Positions 55,845-64,000 of a stretch of 64,000 nt of DNA are shown here, one piece after another. The notes beneath the pieces are model-generated. The model was not told where the DNA came from, did no database searches, and worked only from the letters and a program-made list of their open reading frames with translations. A program made the position numbers and the translations under genes. Source of the stretch: an uncultured Thermoleophilia bacterium (GTDB lineage: Bacteria; Actinomycetota; Thermoleophilia; Solirubrobacterales; 70-9); contig OY970392.1 of assembly GCA_963720455.1 (NCBI GenBank), forward strand, positions 1,379,745 to 1,443,744, written 5' to 3'. Each line of letters opens with the position of its first letter. Within the stretch, counting starts at the first letter, position 1.

Positions 55845-58250
55845 CTAGCCCTGCGGGACCCTGGGGCGCTGCCTGCCCGCCCCGTTGCCGTTCTCGACCC
55901 GGTCGAGGATCTCCACAGCCTCCCTGCGCAGCTCGGCGTCGAGCAGGGCGAAGTCCTCGTCGGAGAGCTTGCCGGCGGCGTGGTCGAGCTCGGCGTCGCG
56001 GATCTCGCGGTACTTGGCTTCCTTCAGCGCGTCGGCCTCGGTGCGGACGAGGGCGCCGCGGCGGCGGCCGCGGGAGGGCCAGAGCGCGATCAGCGCCCCC
56101 GCAAGCGCGATCAGGCCGCCGATCCACATCCAGGTGACGAGCGGGTCGACGATGACCCTGAAGGTGGCGACGGAGCGATCCGTCAGGTAGCTGCGGGCGA
56201 TGCGGTCGATCGCCACCCCCTGCAATTCCTGGATCCGGGCCAGCGCCAGTGGCTGCAGGCTCGGGTTCGCCGCCGCGGCCCGCATCGTCGCCGCCAGCGC
56301 CTCACAGGCCGGCGGCGAGCCCGGCGCCGCCCGTACACAGGCTTCGAACCCTTTGTCGGCCGCCCGCACCCGCCGTTGCACGGCGGCGATGCCGGGCTGC
56401 ACGGCGGTCCAGAGGTCGTCGCCGAAGCCGGCCTTCAGCCCGACCTCGCTGGTCGCCTCGCCGTCGAAGAAGCTGCCGATCGTCCCGCCCTCCTGTCCGG
56501 TCGGGCGGAAGTAACGGCGGCTGGGGTAGAGCGTCGCCACCCGCTCGCCCCCTTCCTCGACCCCGAGGACCGAGCCGAACTGGATGTACTCCGGGGTGGC
56601 GTCGACGGTGGGCCTGACGTAGGTGATCTCACGCCCGTCGACCACCGTGCTCTCGCCCGGCCGCAGGGTGGCGTCGCGGTTGGTCTGGAAGCTGGAGGAG
56701 GCGGCGATCCCGGTCAGCAGCACGATCACGCCGACGTGGACGACGTAGCCGCCGTAGCGGCGGCGGTTGCGGGAGACGACGGCGAGCAGGGACGCCGGCA
56801 GCGAGCCGCCGGCCAGCGAGCGCCGCGCCGCCGCGCCACGCCAGAACTCCTGCGCGAGGCCGGTCAGGGCGAAGGCGGCGAAGACGAAGAGGGCGAACGC
56901 CCAGGGCTCACCGGCGGCGTCGGTCAGCAGCAGCAGGGCGACGGCGGTGAGCGCGGCGGCCGCGAGCGGCGGCCGGAAGACGCGCCTGGCCGTGGCCCAG
57001 CTGACGCGGCGCCAGGCGAGCAGCGGCCCGACCCCGGTGAAGAGGACGAGCCCGATCGCCAGCGGCGTCGTGTAGCGGTCGAACCAGGGGGCGGCCAGCG
57101 AGGCCTTGCTGCCGGTGAACAGTTCGGAGATCAGCGGGAAGAAGGTGCCCCAGAAGATCACCGCGGTGAGCGCGACCAGCAGCAGGTTGTTGACGAGGAA
57201 GACCGACTCGCGCGAGGCCAGCGAGTCGATCCGCTTCTCCGAGCGCAGGTCGTCGAGGCGGGAGACGATCAGCGCGGTCGAGCCGATCAGGACGACGGCG
57301 ATCAGGCCGAGGACGTAGGGGCCGACGGTGTTGTCGCCGAAGGCGTGGATCGACTGCAGGACCCCGGAGCGGACGAGGAACGTGCCCAGCAGCGCCAGCG
57401 AGAAGGTGGCGACGACGAGGCAGGCGTTCCAGACCTTCAGCATCCCGCGCTTCTCCTGGACCATTATCGAGTGCAGGATGGCGGTGCCGACCAGCCACGG
57501 CATCAGCGCCGCGTTCTCGACCGGGTCCCAGGCCCAGTAACCACCCCAGCCGAGCTCGGTGTAGGACCAGCGGGCGCCGAGCAGCAGGCCGAGGCCGAGA
57601 AAGGCCCAGGCGATCAGCGCGAAGCGGCGGGTGGCGCGGATCCACTCCGCGTCGAGGCGGCGGCTGACGAGGGCGCCGATCGCGAAGGCGAAGGGGATCG
57701 TGAAGGCGACGTACCCCGAGTAGAGCATCGGCGGGTGGATCATCATGCTCGGGTGCTGCAGCAGCGGGTTGAGGCCGGTCCCGTCGGCCGGGACTGGGTT
57801 GAGCGTCGCGAAGGGGTTGACGTCGGGCGCGAACAGCATCAGCCCGGTGAAGAAGGCGGCCACGCCCATCATCACGGCGGTCGCCCAGGGGACGATCTCG
57901 CGCAGCTTGCCGCGGGTCGCGTAGAGGGCGGCGCTGGAGGCGATCGAGAGCACCCAGGCCCAGAGCAGCAGCGAGCCCTCCTGGCTCGACCACATCGCCG
58001 CCAGCTTGTAGAAGGTCGGCGTCTCGATCGAGGAGTGCTGGGCGACGATGTTGAAGGAGAAGTCGTCGCCGGCGAAGGCGATCTCGATGATCGCGACGCA
58101 GGCGGTGACGAGCCCGAAGAAGGCGTAGACGAGGCGGCGGGAGAGGTCTACCCGGTGGCGCTCGCCGTCGCGGCCGGAGAGCGCGAGGGCGGCGGCGGCG
58201 AGGGCGGTGAAGAAGGCCAGCGCCAGCAGGGCGCTGCCGAGGCTAGGCAT
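55845..58250 (-). CDS. ccmF: Cytochrome c heme lyase CcmF with a C-terminal extension
   Basis: The WWD motif is WGGYWAWDPVEN, and the conserved polytopic layout is present. At 801 aa it is longer than typical CcmF, with an extra helical tail (KEAKYREIRDAELDHAAGKLSDEDFALLDAELRREA). Confidence 0.85.
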   Translation of the reverse strand: MPSLGSALLALAFFTALAAAALALSGRDGERHRVDLSRRLVYAFFGLVTACVAIIEIAFAGDDFSFNIVAQHSSIETPTFYKLAAMWSSQEGSLLLWAWVLSIASSAALYATRGKLREIVPWATAVMMGVAAFFTGLMLFAPDVNPFATLNPVPADGTGLNPLLQHPSMMIHPPMLYSGYVAFTIPFAFAIGALVSRRLDAEWIRATRRFALIAWAFLGLGLLLGARWSYTELGWGGYWAWDPVENAALMPWLVGTAILHSIMVQEKRGMLKVWNACLVVATFSLALLGTFLVRSGVLQSIHAFGDNTVGPYVLGLIAVVLIGSTALIVSRLDDLRSEKRIDSLASRESVFLVNNLLLVALTAVIFWGTFFPLISELFTGSKASLAAPWFDRYTTPLAIGLVLFTGVGPLLAWRRVSWATARRVFRPPLAAAALTAVALLLLTDAAGEPWAFALFVFAAFALTGLAQEFWRGAAARRSLAGGSLPASLLAVVSRNRRRYGGYVVHVGVIVLLTGIAASSSFQTNRDATLRPGESTVVDGREITYVRPTVDATPEYIQFGSVLGVEEGGERVATLYPSRRYFRPTGQEGGTIGSFFDGEATSEVGLKAGFGDDLWTAVQPGIAAVQRRVRAADKGFEACVRAAPGSPPACEALAATMRAAAANPSLQPLALARIQELQGVAIDRIARSYLTDRSVATFRVIVDPLVTWMWIGGLIALAGALIALWPSRGRRRGALVRTEADALKEAKYREIRDAELDHAAGKLSDEDFALLDAELRREAVEILDRVENGNGAGRQRPRVPQG

Positions 58251-58644
58251 CCTTCTCGGTCGTGAACTTCGAGGGGCACTTCGTGATCAGCGTTTCCGGC
58301 TCGCCGACGAAGGTGCCGTTCTCGAGGCTGCCGGTGAGGACGATCTCGCGGCCGCCGCGGAAGGGGTCGGGGACGGTGCCGGTGTAGGTGACCGGCAGGC
58401 TGCGCCCGCCGCCGTCGCGGTCGACGACGCGGAAGGCGATGCCGCTGCCGTCCCGCTCGACCGAACCCTTGACGACGCGGCCGATCATCTCGTAACTGGT
58501 CCCGGGCGCGGCGGTGAGCAGCTGCGAGGGCTCCTTCGCCTCGGTCGAAGCCGAGAAGGAGGTGTAGACCAGCGCCACCGCGAGCAGCACGGCGACGCTG
58601 AGGGCGGCAACCAGCCGGATCTTCCGCTTGCGGTTCGGATCCAC
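58243..58644 (-). CDS. ccmE: Heme chaperone CcmE (variant heme-binding motif)
   Basis: GTG start. TM anchor, then OB-fold text (RVVKGSV...FRV.D...VTYTG.VPDPF..G.E.V..G). The C-terminal KCPSKF replaces the canonical H-x-x-x-Y. Overlaps ccmF by 8 nt. Confidence 0.8.
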   Translation of the reverse strand: MDPNRKRKIRLVAALSVAVLLAVALVYTSFSASTEAKEPSQLLTAAPGTSYEMIGRVVKGSVERDGSGIAFRVVDRDGGGRSLPVTYTGTVPDPFRGGREIVLTGSLENGTFVGEPETLITKCPSKFTTEKDA

Positions 58645-58682
58645 GAGGAACCGGGGATTATCGCAAGTGAGAGAATGCGGCC

Positions 58683-59384
58683 ATGGCCGACCCCGTTCTG
58701 CTGATCACCGGCGCCAGCAGCGGCATCGGCGCGGCAACCGCCCGCGCGGCCGCTCCCGAGTACCGGTTGGTGCTGGCGGCGCGGCGGCTGGAGGAGCTGG
58801 AGGCGCTGGCCGCGGAGCTGGGTGGCGAGGAGCGGGCGCTGGCCGTGCGCTGCGACGTCACCGAGTGGGATCAGGTCGAGGCGATGGTCGCGGCGGCACT
58901 GGAGCGCTTCGGCCGCATCGACGCCGTCTTCGCGAACGCCGGCTTCGGGGCCACCCGTGGGTTCCTCGAGGAGTCGGTCGAGCACTGGCGCTCGATGGTC
59001 CTGACCAACGTCTACGGGGCGGCGCTGACGATCCGGGCCACCCTCCCCCACCTGCTCGAGCGCGGCGACGGCCACTTCCTCGTCACCAGCTCGGTCGCCG
59101 GCCGGCGGGCGCTGCCGGGCTCGCTCTACTCGGCGACCAAGTGGGCGGCGACCGCGATCGGCGAGGCGCTGCGGGCGGAGCTGCGCCAGATGCACGACAA
59201 CACGGCGATCAAGGTGACGCTGATCGAGCCGGGGATGACCGACACGGACTTCTTCGACAACCGCCCCGGCGAGTGGGCGCTGCAGGACACCGACATCGCC
59301 AAGGCGGTGATGTACGCGCTCGGGCAGGGGGCGAACGTGGATGTCAACGAGATCTTGATCCGGCCGACGGGGCAGCCGATCTGA
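58683..59384 (+). CDS. Short-chain dehydrogenase/reductase (SDR)
   Basis: Contains VLLITGASSGIGAATA, NAG and YSATKWA. Confidence 0.85.
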   Translation: MADPVLLITGASSGIGAATARAAAPEYRLVLAARRLEELEALAAELGGEERALAVRCDVTEWDQVEAMVAAALERFGRIDAVFANAGFGATRGFLEESVEHWRSMVLTNVYGAALTIRATLPHLLERGDGHFLVTSSVAGRRALPGSLYSATKWAATAIGEALRAELRQMHDNTAIKVTLIEPGMTDTDFFDNRPGEWALQDTDIAKAVMYALGQGANVDVNEILIRPTGQPI

Positions 59385-59495
59385 GTGGCTGTCCCGGTAG
59401 GGATTCCACTTAACTTTTTCGACGTCGCCTGCGGCTGTCGCGATCGCCGGCCGCGAAAAAGTACAAGACGTTTCATCCCTATCGGGACAGCCACT
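59384..59495. repeat. Structured intergenic element, copy B
   Basis: Outer arms are AGTGGCTGTCCCGGTAGGGAT (59384-59404) and ATCCCTATCGGGACAGCCACT (59475-59495), with one mismatch. The inner stem is ACTTTTTCG/CGAAAAAGT. The core is homologous to 44664-44734. Confidence 0.75.
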
Positions 59496-60513
59496 TGAGC
59501 AGCAGGCGAGTCGTTCGCCAATAGCTGCGGAGGACGAGGCGGGCCGGTGCCGAGCGCGCGAGAGGGGAGATGAAGGGGGAGTCGAGGTCGGGGGTGAGCC
59601 AGGAGGCGAACTCGGCGGTGGTGACGGTACGGGTGGCCTGGACTTCGCGGCGCTCACGGAGGAGGCGGGGCAGCCAGCGGAGGAATTCGAGGTTGGCGGC
59701 GAGCTTCTGGCGACCCCAGCCTCCGGCGAAGGAGACGGCGAGGAGCGCCAGCTCGGTGGCGAACAGCGCCGGCGCCAGCAGGATAAGAAGTGAGGTCGGG
59801 TAGGCGCGGACGAGGAAGGCGAGGCGGTTGCGCTCGAGCCAGCGCCACTTGTGCTCGCGGGCGCCGAACTCGTAGTCATGGTCGACCATGGCGGCCGGTT
59901 CGATCCCCAGCGCGCCGCCGCGTAGCCGCAGACGCAGCGAGATGTCGACGTCCTCGTGGTAGAGGAAGAAGTGCTCCGGCAAGCCGCCGACCTCGCGCCA
60001 GGTGCGCAGCGGGATCGCCAGGCAGGCGCCCGAAAGGGCCGGTACCTCTCCGGCCGGAGGCGCCTCGGCGATCGGGCGGCCATGGCCGCCGGCCCAGACG
60101 ATCCCAGTGAAGTGGACCGGATTGCCGGCGGAGTTGATCTCGGTTGCGCCGGAATCGGCGACCAGCGCCTGCCAGGCGGCCCAGCCGCGATCCTCGATCC
60201 AGGGGCGCCGGATCGCCTCGCCGAAACCGGGCAGCGGCGCCGCGTCGGGGTTGAGTACCACCAACAGCTCGCCGCCGGCCTCCGCCGCACCGACGTTGCA
60301 GCCAGCGGCGAAACCGAGGTTGCGACCGGTGCGCAGAACCCGGGCAGAGGGGGCCAGCGCTTCCACCGCCTCCGGAGTGCCGTCAGCCGAGTCGTTGTCG
60401 ACGACGATCAGCTCGTCGCCCTCGCCCAGCTCCGTCAGCAGCGCCGGCAGGGTCCTGGCCAGCTCCTCGCGGCTGTTCCAGGCGACGATGAGGACGGAGA
60501 GCGTCGGGCGCAC
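59479..60513 (-). CDS. Family 2 glycosyltransferase
   Basis: Contains LSVLIVAWNSREEL, VVDNDSADGT and FFLYHEDVDISLR (GT-A DxD and ED motifs). GTG start. Confidence 0.85.
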   Translation of the reverse strand: MRPTLSVLIVAWNSREELARTLPALLTELGEGDELIVVDNDSADGTPEAVEALAPSARVLRTGRNLGFAAGCNVGAAEAGGELLVVLNPDAAPLPGFGEAIRRPWIEDRGWAAWQALVADSGATEINSAGNPVHFTGIVWAGGHGRPIAEAPPAGEVPALSGACLAIPLRTWREVGGLPEHFFLYHEDVDISLRLRLRGGALGIEPAAMVDHDYEFGAREHKWRWLERNRLAFLVRAYPTSLLILLAPALFATELALLAVSFAGGWGRQKLAANLEFLRWLPRLLRERREVQATRTVTTAEFASWLTPDLDSPFISPLARSAPARLVLRSYWRTTRLLLKWLSR

Positions 60514-60547
60514 CGGCGCGGAGGCTATTCGGCCGTCCGCGCCGGTG
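60511..60547. other. 12-bp perfect hairpin between the large secreted-protein gene and the GT2 gene
   Basis: CACCGGCGCGGA-13 nt-TCCGCGCCGGTG. The left arm includes the GT2 GTG start codon. It may act as a terminator or attenuator on the minus strand. Confidence 0.45.
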
Positions 60548-60570
60548 CCCGAACAGGGCTTGCCGCGGCG

Positions 60571-63500
60571 CTACTTCTTCTTCTTGCCGCAGCTGCTGAT
60601 GTTCAGCCGGTACTTGTTGCTCTTCACTTTCTTGCCGTTCTGACCCTTGATGTTCAGTACGGCTTTCTGCTTCTTCCCGCAGAGGTTTTCCGAGTTGACG
60701 AGCAGGCTCTTCTTGCCGCCCTTCATATTCAGGATGAACTTCTTCACGGGGACATCCGGTACCGACGGGAACACGGTCTTGAGGCCGCCCCGCTTGGAGC
60801 TGATCACGCCGCGCAGCTGGATCCTCACCTGACCGCGGAGGTCAGCGACGAGGTTCGGCAGCGGATCGTCGGAGGCGACCAGATAGACCGGCCCCTTCAA
60901 CTTGTTGTCGAGCAGAGGCGACTTCGCTTCCGCCTGACCGTAGACCGAGCCCTTCGGACAAGTCAGCGAGGCCAGCTGCGGCCTGGTGCAGATCGTCTTG
61001 ATGTGGCTCTGGTCGAGGAACAGCGAGTGCGGCATCGTCAGCGCCGTGCGAGTGACGTTGGCATCGCCGTTACGTGCTTCCAGGATCGCCCGGATGCGCG
61101 GGTTCTTGGCCCGCTTGGTCGGCCCGGACAGCCGCGTGAACAGCTTCGGCTTGAAGGCCAACTTGTTGCATTCGGTTGCCTGGAACGGTGCGCTGACGGC
61201 GTAGGAACTCCACGCCGCCGGGTTGGTCGGGTCGCCACCGCCGCCGTTGATCGCGCCGCTCGTTGCCTGCGCGGCGCAATTCGTCGGGTTGAGCATGAAC
61301 TGGCTGCGATCGACGTTGACGTCGATCAGCCTGATGTCCAGCTTCGCCCCGCCGAACACGTCGGGGATCGCGTCGGAGACCGCGTTGATCTGCGCAGTCT
61401 GGGGGTTGACGTTGAGCGCGACCCTGACCACGACGGTGCCGAGGTCGAACGGTCCCGCCACCGCCGGCGTGATCACGACCATCGACAGCGGCGCTCCCTT
61501 ATAGGGGCCGGCGAGATAGGCCTTGCCGCCGATCTTCAGCGGGTCGGCGCCGGTGCCGGACTCGGTCAGGGTGGTACCGATCTGGCTCGCCGAGGAACAG
61601 CTCGGGTTTGCCAGCTCGCCCTTGCCGGTGCTCGCCGCCGCGGCCGCGATCGCAGCCTCGGAGCAGTAGGGAATGCCGGCGAGTTTGCCGGTCAGCCCTT
61701 TCGGCAGGGTCACGTTGACGAGCTTCAGCTCCTGCTGGCCGTCGGTGCGGGCGATGCGGACCCGGAACGGGCTGTAGGTACCCGCTTTGGTGCTGTCGGA
61801 TTTCGCCGAGTAGCCCGGTGCGAACTTGCGGGCCTCCATCGTCGCCGGGCAGCTGCCGCCACCCGGATCGGTGGTCAGCGTGACGGTCGATTTCACATCG
61901 ACGTCGGTCCCCGGCAGCGCCCATGGTTCGAACTTGCTCGTGCCCTCGCTCGAGCAGATGGGCGGGCTGGTCAGAACCTGTTTGGAACCGTCGAGGTGGA
62001 GCCTGATCTCCTCGAACGGAACCTGTGGCAGGCCCTCCGGCAGCTGGCCGGCGAACTCGCCGGTCAGCTGATCGGTGATCACCGCGGTCAGATCGCCCGT
62101 GGTCTCGTCGGCCTTGACCCGGCCGACCAGGCGGGCGTCGATGCCCTCGTTTTCGCTTTTGGCTTCGATCAGGATCCGGAACAGATCGCCCGATTCGGGG
62201 TCGCTGCTCTTCTGTTCGCCGACGTAGACGTCGCCGATCAGCGGCTCCGCCAGCGGCGGCGCTTCGACTTCGACGGCGCCGATGTCGGAGGCCGCCGGGC
62301 ATTCGTTCGTGTACGTCCGCTGACCCTTCTTGAACTGCTCGTCGCTGCAGGCGACGAGGCCCTTCGCCCCGGAGGGGTTGAGGCCCATGCCGGCCGGCAT
62401 CTGGACTTCCGCCTTGCGGACATGGGACTGCGAGATCCCTTCGGTTTCGCCTTCTCCATTGACCCTGACTTCCCCACCTTCCTTGGCGGGGTCGAACGGA
62501 AGCGTCGTCGTCACCGTCGCCGGAGAGGGCGAGTCGACCGCATTCGTGCCCGGATCGACCTCGACACCGGGATCGAACGGAACTTCGTCGCAGCCCGTCG
62601 TCTCGGCCCCAGGCGGCAGTTTCGCCTCCCACGGCGTAGATCCGTGCGGGAAGGTCGGGTTCGGTTCGCCCGCCGAGTCACCCCGGAACCAGGTCGAGTA
62701 GAGCTGCGACCATTCGTTCGGGTCGTAGCAGGTGGTCGGCAAGGTGACGTGGGTGCCGTCACCGGTCTGGCCGTAGGCGAGCAGGCGACTTTTCAGCGTC
62801 GAGAACGGGACAGAGGGCGGCGGCAGGTGGATCGCGAAGCTCTCATGGAAGTCGCTTTCCCAAGCTACTTCCGTTTCCAGTTCGATGACTTTGCTGAAGG
62901 CGATGACGAAACCGAGGCGGGCCGGTTCGCCCGGTTTCGGTTCGAGGTTGTAAACGTCGACCAGCGTCCCTTTTGCCGGGTCCGGTTTGATCACGAACCC
63001 TTTCGGGAGGAAGGTGCCGGGCGGGGCGGGAGGTGGTGCCGGCACGGCATTGGCGGTGTTGACGACGAGCCACACTTCGTCTAGCCCGACGGCCGTGCTT
63101 TTGTCGCAGGCAGGAATGCGCAGGGGTTTCCCTTCGACCACGACGACTTTTTCGAAATCTTCCTGTGAGCACTTCGGCGCTGCCTCCGGGCTCACGGTGA
63201 ACCCGGGCGGAAGGTCGACCCGCTCCGTTTTGAGTACGCGATCTTCGAAGGGAAGCGGGTCCGAGGGGTCCTCGATCAGCGGTTCGACCACGCCCGGCAC
63301 GACCGTTTCATGCCTGACGATGTACTGGTCGAAGCCGACCGGTGGATGCCCCCCCGCCTGAGTGAAGAAGAGGGCGGACGTTTCCGGCGAGCAGAACGCT
63401 TTCACAGGGTCTTCTTCGAGCTGGTTTTCGTAACAGGTCCCTGCCTGAAAGCCGTCTGCAGCCGTGGGCGGATCGTGCTGAGGTTCGATGACGTCGCCCG

Positions 63501-63576
63501 TGTCGGCCTTAGCCAAGGGGGCCACGAACATCGCCAACGCCATAACCGCGATCGCGATCAAAAAGCGCCTAGCCAT
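60571..63576 (-). CDS. Large secreted Cys-rich protein of unknown family with a Lys-rich C-terminal tail
   Basis: ATG at 63574-63576 has an AGAGGAGGGA Shine-Dalgarno upstream. The signal peptide is MARRFLIAIAVMALAMFVAPLAKA. About 1001 aa, ending ...NISSCGKKKK. It uses more A/T-ending codons than its neighbours. Confidence 0.75.
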   Translation of the reverse strand: MARRFLIAIAVMALAMFVAPLAKADTGDVIEPQHDPPTAADGFQAGTCYENQLEEDPVKAFCSPETSALFFTQAGGHPPVGFDQYIVRHETVVPGVVEPLIEDPSDPLPFEDRVLKTERVDLPPGFTVSPEAAPKCSQEDFEKVVVVEGKPLRIPACDKSTAVGLDEVWLVVNTANAVPAPPPAPPGTFLPKGFVIKPDPAKGTLVDVYNLEPKPGEPARLGFVIAFSKVIELETEVAWESDFHESFAIHLPPPSVPFSTLKSRLLAYGQTGDGTHVTLPTTCYDPNEWSQLYSTWFRGDSAGEPNPTFPHGSTPWEAKLPPGAETTGCDEVPFDPGVEVDPGTNAVDSPSPATVTTTLPFDPAKEGGEVRVNGEGETEGISQSHVRKAEVQMPAGMGLNPSGAKGLVACSDEQFKKGQRTYTNECPAASDIGAVEVEAPPLAEPLIGDVYVGEQKSSDPESGDLFRILIEAKSENEGIDARLVGRVKADETTGDLTAVITDQLTGEFAGQLPEGLPQVPFEEIRLHLDGSKQVLTSPPICSSEGTSKFEPWALPGTDVDVKSTVTLTTDPGGGSCPATMEARKFAPGYSAKSDSTKAGTYSPFRVRIARTDGQQELKLVNVTLPKGLTGKLAGIPYCSEAAIAAAAASTGKGELANPSCSSASQIGTTLTESGTGADPLKIGGKAYLAGPYKGAPLSMVVITPAVAGPFDLGTVVVRVALNVNPQTAQINAVSDAIPDVFGGAKLDIRLIDVNVDRSQFMLNPTNCAAQATSGAINGGGGDPTNPAAWSSYAVSAPFQATECNKLAFKPKLFTRLSGPTKRAKNPRIRAILEARNGDANVTRTALTMPHSLFLDQSHIKTICTRPQLASLTCPKGSVYGQAEAKSPLLDNKLKGPVYLVASDDPLPNLVADLRGQVRIQLRGVISSKRGGLKTVFPSVPDVPVKKFILNMKGGKKSLLVNSENLCGKKQKAVLNIKGQNGKKVKSNKYRLNISSCGKKKK

Positions 63577-63702
63577 CAATTCCCTCCTCTGTTGAGCGAA
63601 ACGCTTCCCCTGCGTAGCGCCCTGTACTTCTCCCGCTGAAGACATTACAGACCGGTGCAGCCGAATCAAGTGCGAATTGCGACAAATGCGCCGGGGCGGC
63701 CA

Positions 63703-64000
63703 CTATTTGCCGTCACCGCCGCCGTGCTGTCCCCGACGTCTTGCCTTGCCGGCGCGCTTCCCTTTGCACGGGGTGCGTAGCTGCCGGCGCCTGTTGAGCT
63801 TCTTGCCGTTCTGGGCTTTGAAGCGGACGATCGCCTTGACGGGCCGTTTGCAGAGGTCCTGGGAAGCGACCAGAAGGCCCTTTTTGCCACCGGGCAGGAC
63901 CATCGTGAATTTGGAGACCGGCACGTCGGGGACGCGACCGAAGGTGGTGCGGATGCCGCCGCGGAAGCTGTCGATCCGCCCGACCAGGTCGATCTCGACC
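63703..64000 (-). CDS. 3-prime end of a paralogous large secreted protein (5-prime part lies outside the window)
   Basis: Its C-terminus VPDVPVSKFTMVLPGGKKGLLVASQDLC...KAQNGKK aligns with VPDVPVKKFILNMKGGKKSLLVNSENLC...KGQNGKK of 60571..63576. It has a basic tail. Confidence 0.6.
   Translation of the reverse strand, partial: VEIDLVGRIDSFRGGIRTTFGRVPDVPVSKFTMVLPGGKKGLLVASQDLCKRPVKAIVRFKAQNGKKLNRRRQLRTPCKGKRAGKARRRGQHGGGDGK

Overview
This is a very GC-rich (about 70% by eye), densely coding chromosomal segment with Actinobacteria-like gene content. All calls come from reading the ORF translations and the DNA; no database search was possible.

**Housekeeping genes recognised:** pabA, pabB, pabC, GTP-dependent PEP carboxykinase, glutamine synthetase, lexA with its SOS box, RNase P RNA, tRNA-Leu(GAG), pdxH, secG and ccmE-ccmF.

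**Acyl-CoA and lipid metabolism:**
- Several acyl-CoA dehydrogenases and MaoC hydratases.
- A TetR-thiolase-FabG4-like-HtdX-like-FadE-FadE operon, an acyl-CoA synthetase and two MMPL transporters.
- A malyl-CoA-lyase-type enzyme and a divergent succinyl-CoA-synthetase-like pair.
- An alkB-rubredoxin-TetR cluster.

**Other features:**
- A 762-aa collagen-like GXY protein.
- A lone STAND NTPase-TPR protein.
- A VapBC toxin-antitoxin pair.
- A c-di-AMP (ydaO-type) riboswitch upstream of an RlpA-like gene.
- Tandem large secreted proteins with lysine-rich tails.

**Items most worth a second look:**
1. Sixteen single-base frame breaks sit within 5.5 kb (22.9-28.4 kb) across five consecutive genes. 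The rest of the window reads cleanly.
2. A conserved intergenic core of about 70 nt occurs twice, at 44.6 kb and 59.4 kb. Each copy is enclosed by its own copy-specific inverted repeat, and the inner stem carries a compensatory change.
3. CcmE has CxxxF where the canonical heme-binding HxxxY motif would be.
4. A small ferredoxin-like ORF is translationally coupled to the SCS-like alpha subunit.
5. The tandem paralogous large secreted proteins use atypical codons.

I found no CRISPR array, transposase, integrase or prophage.
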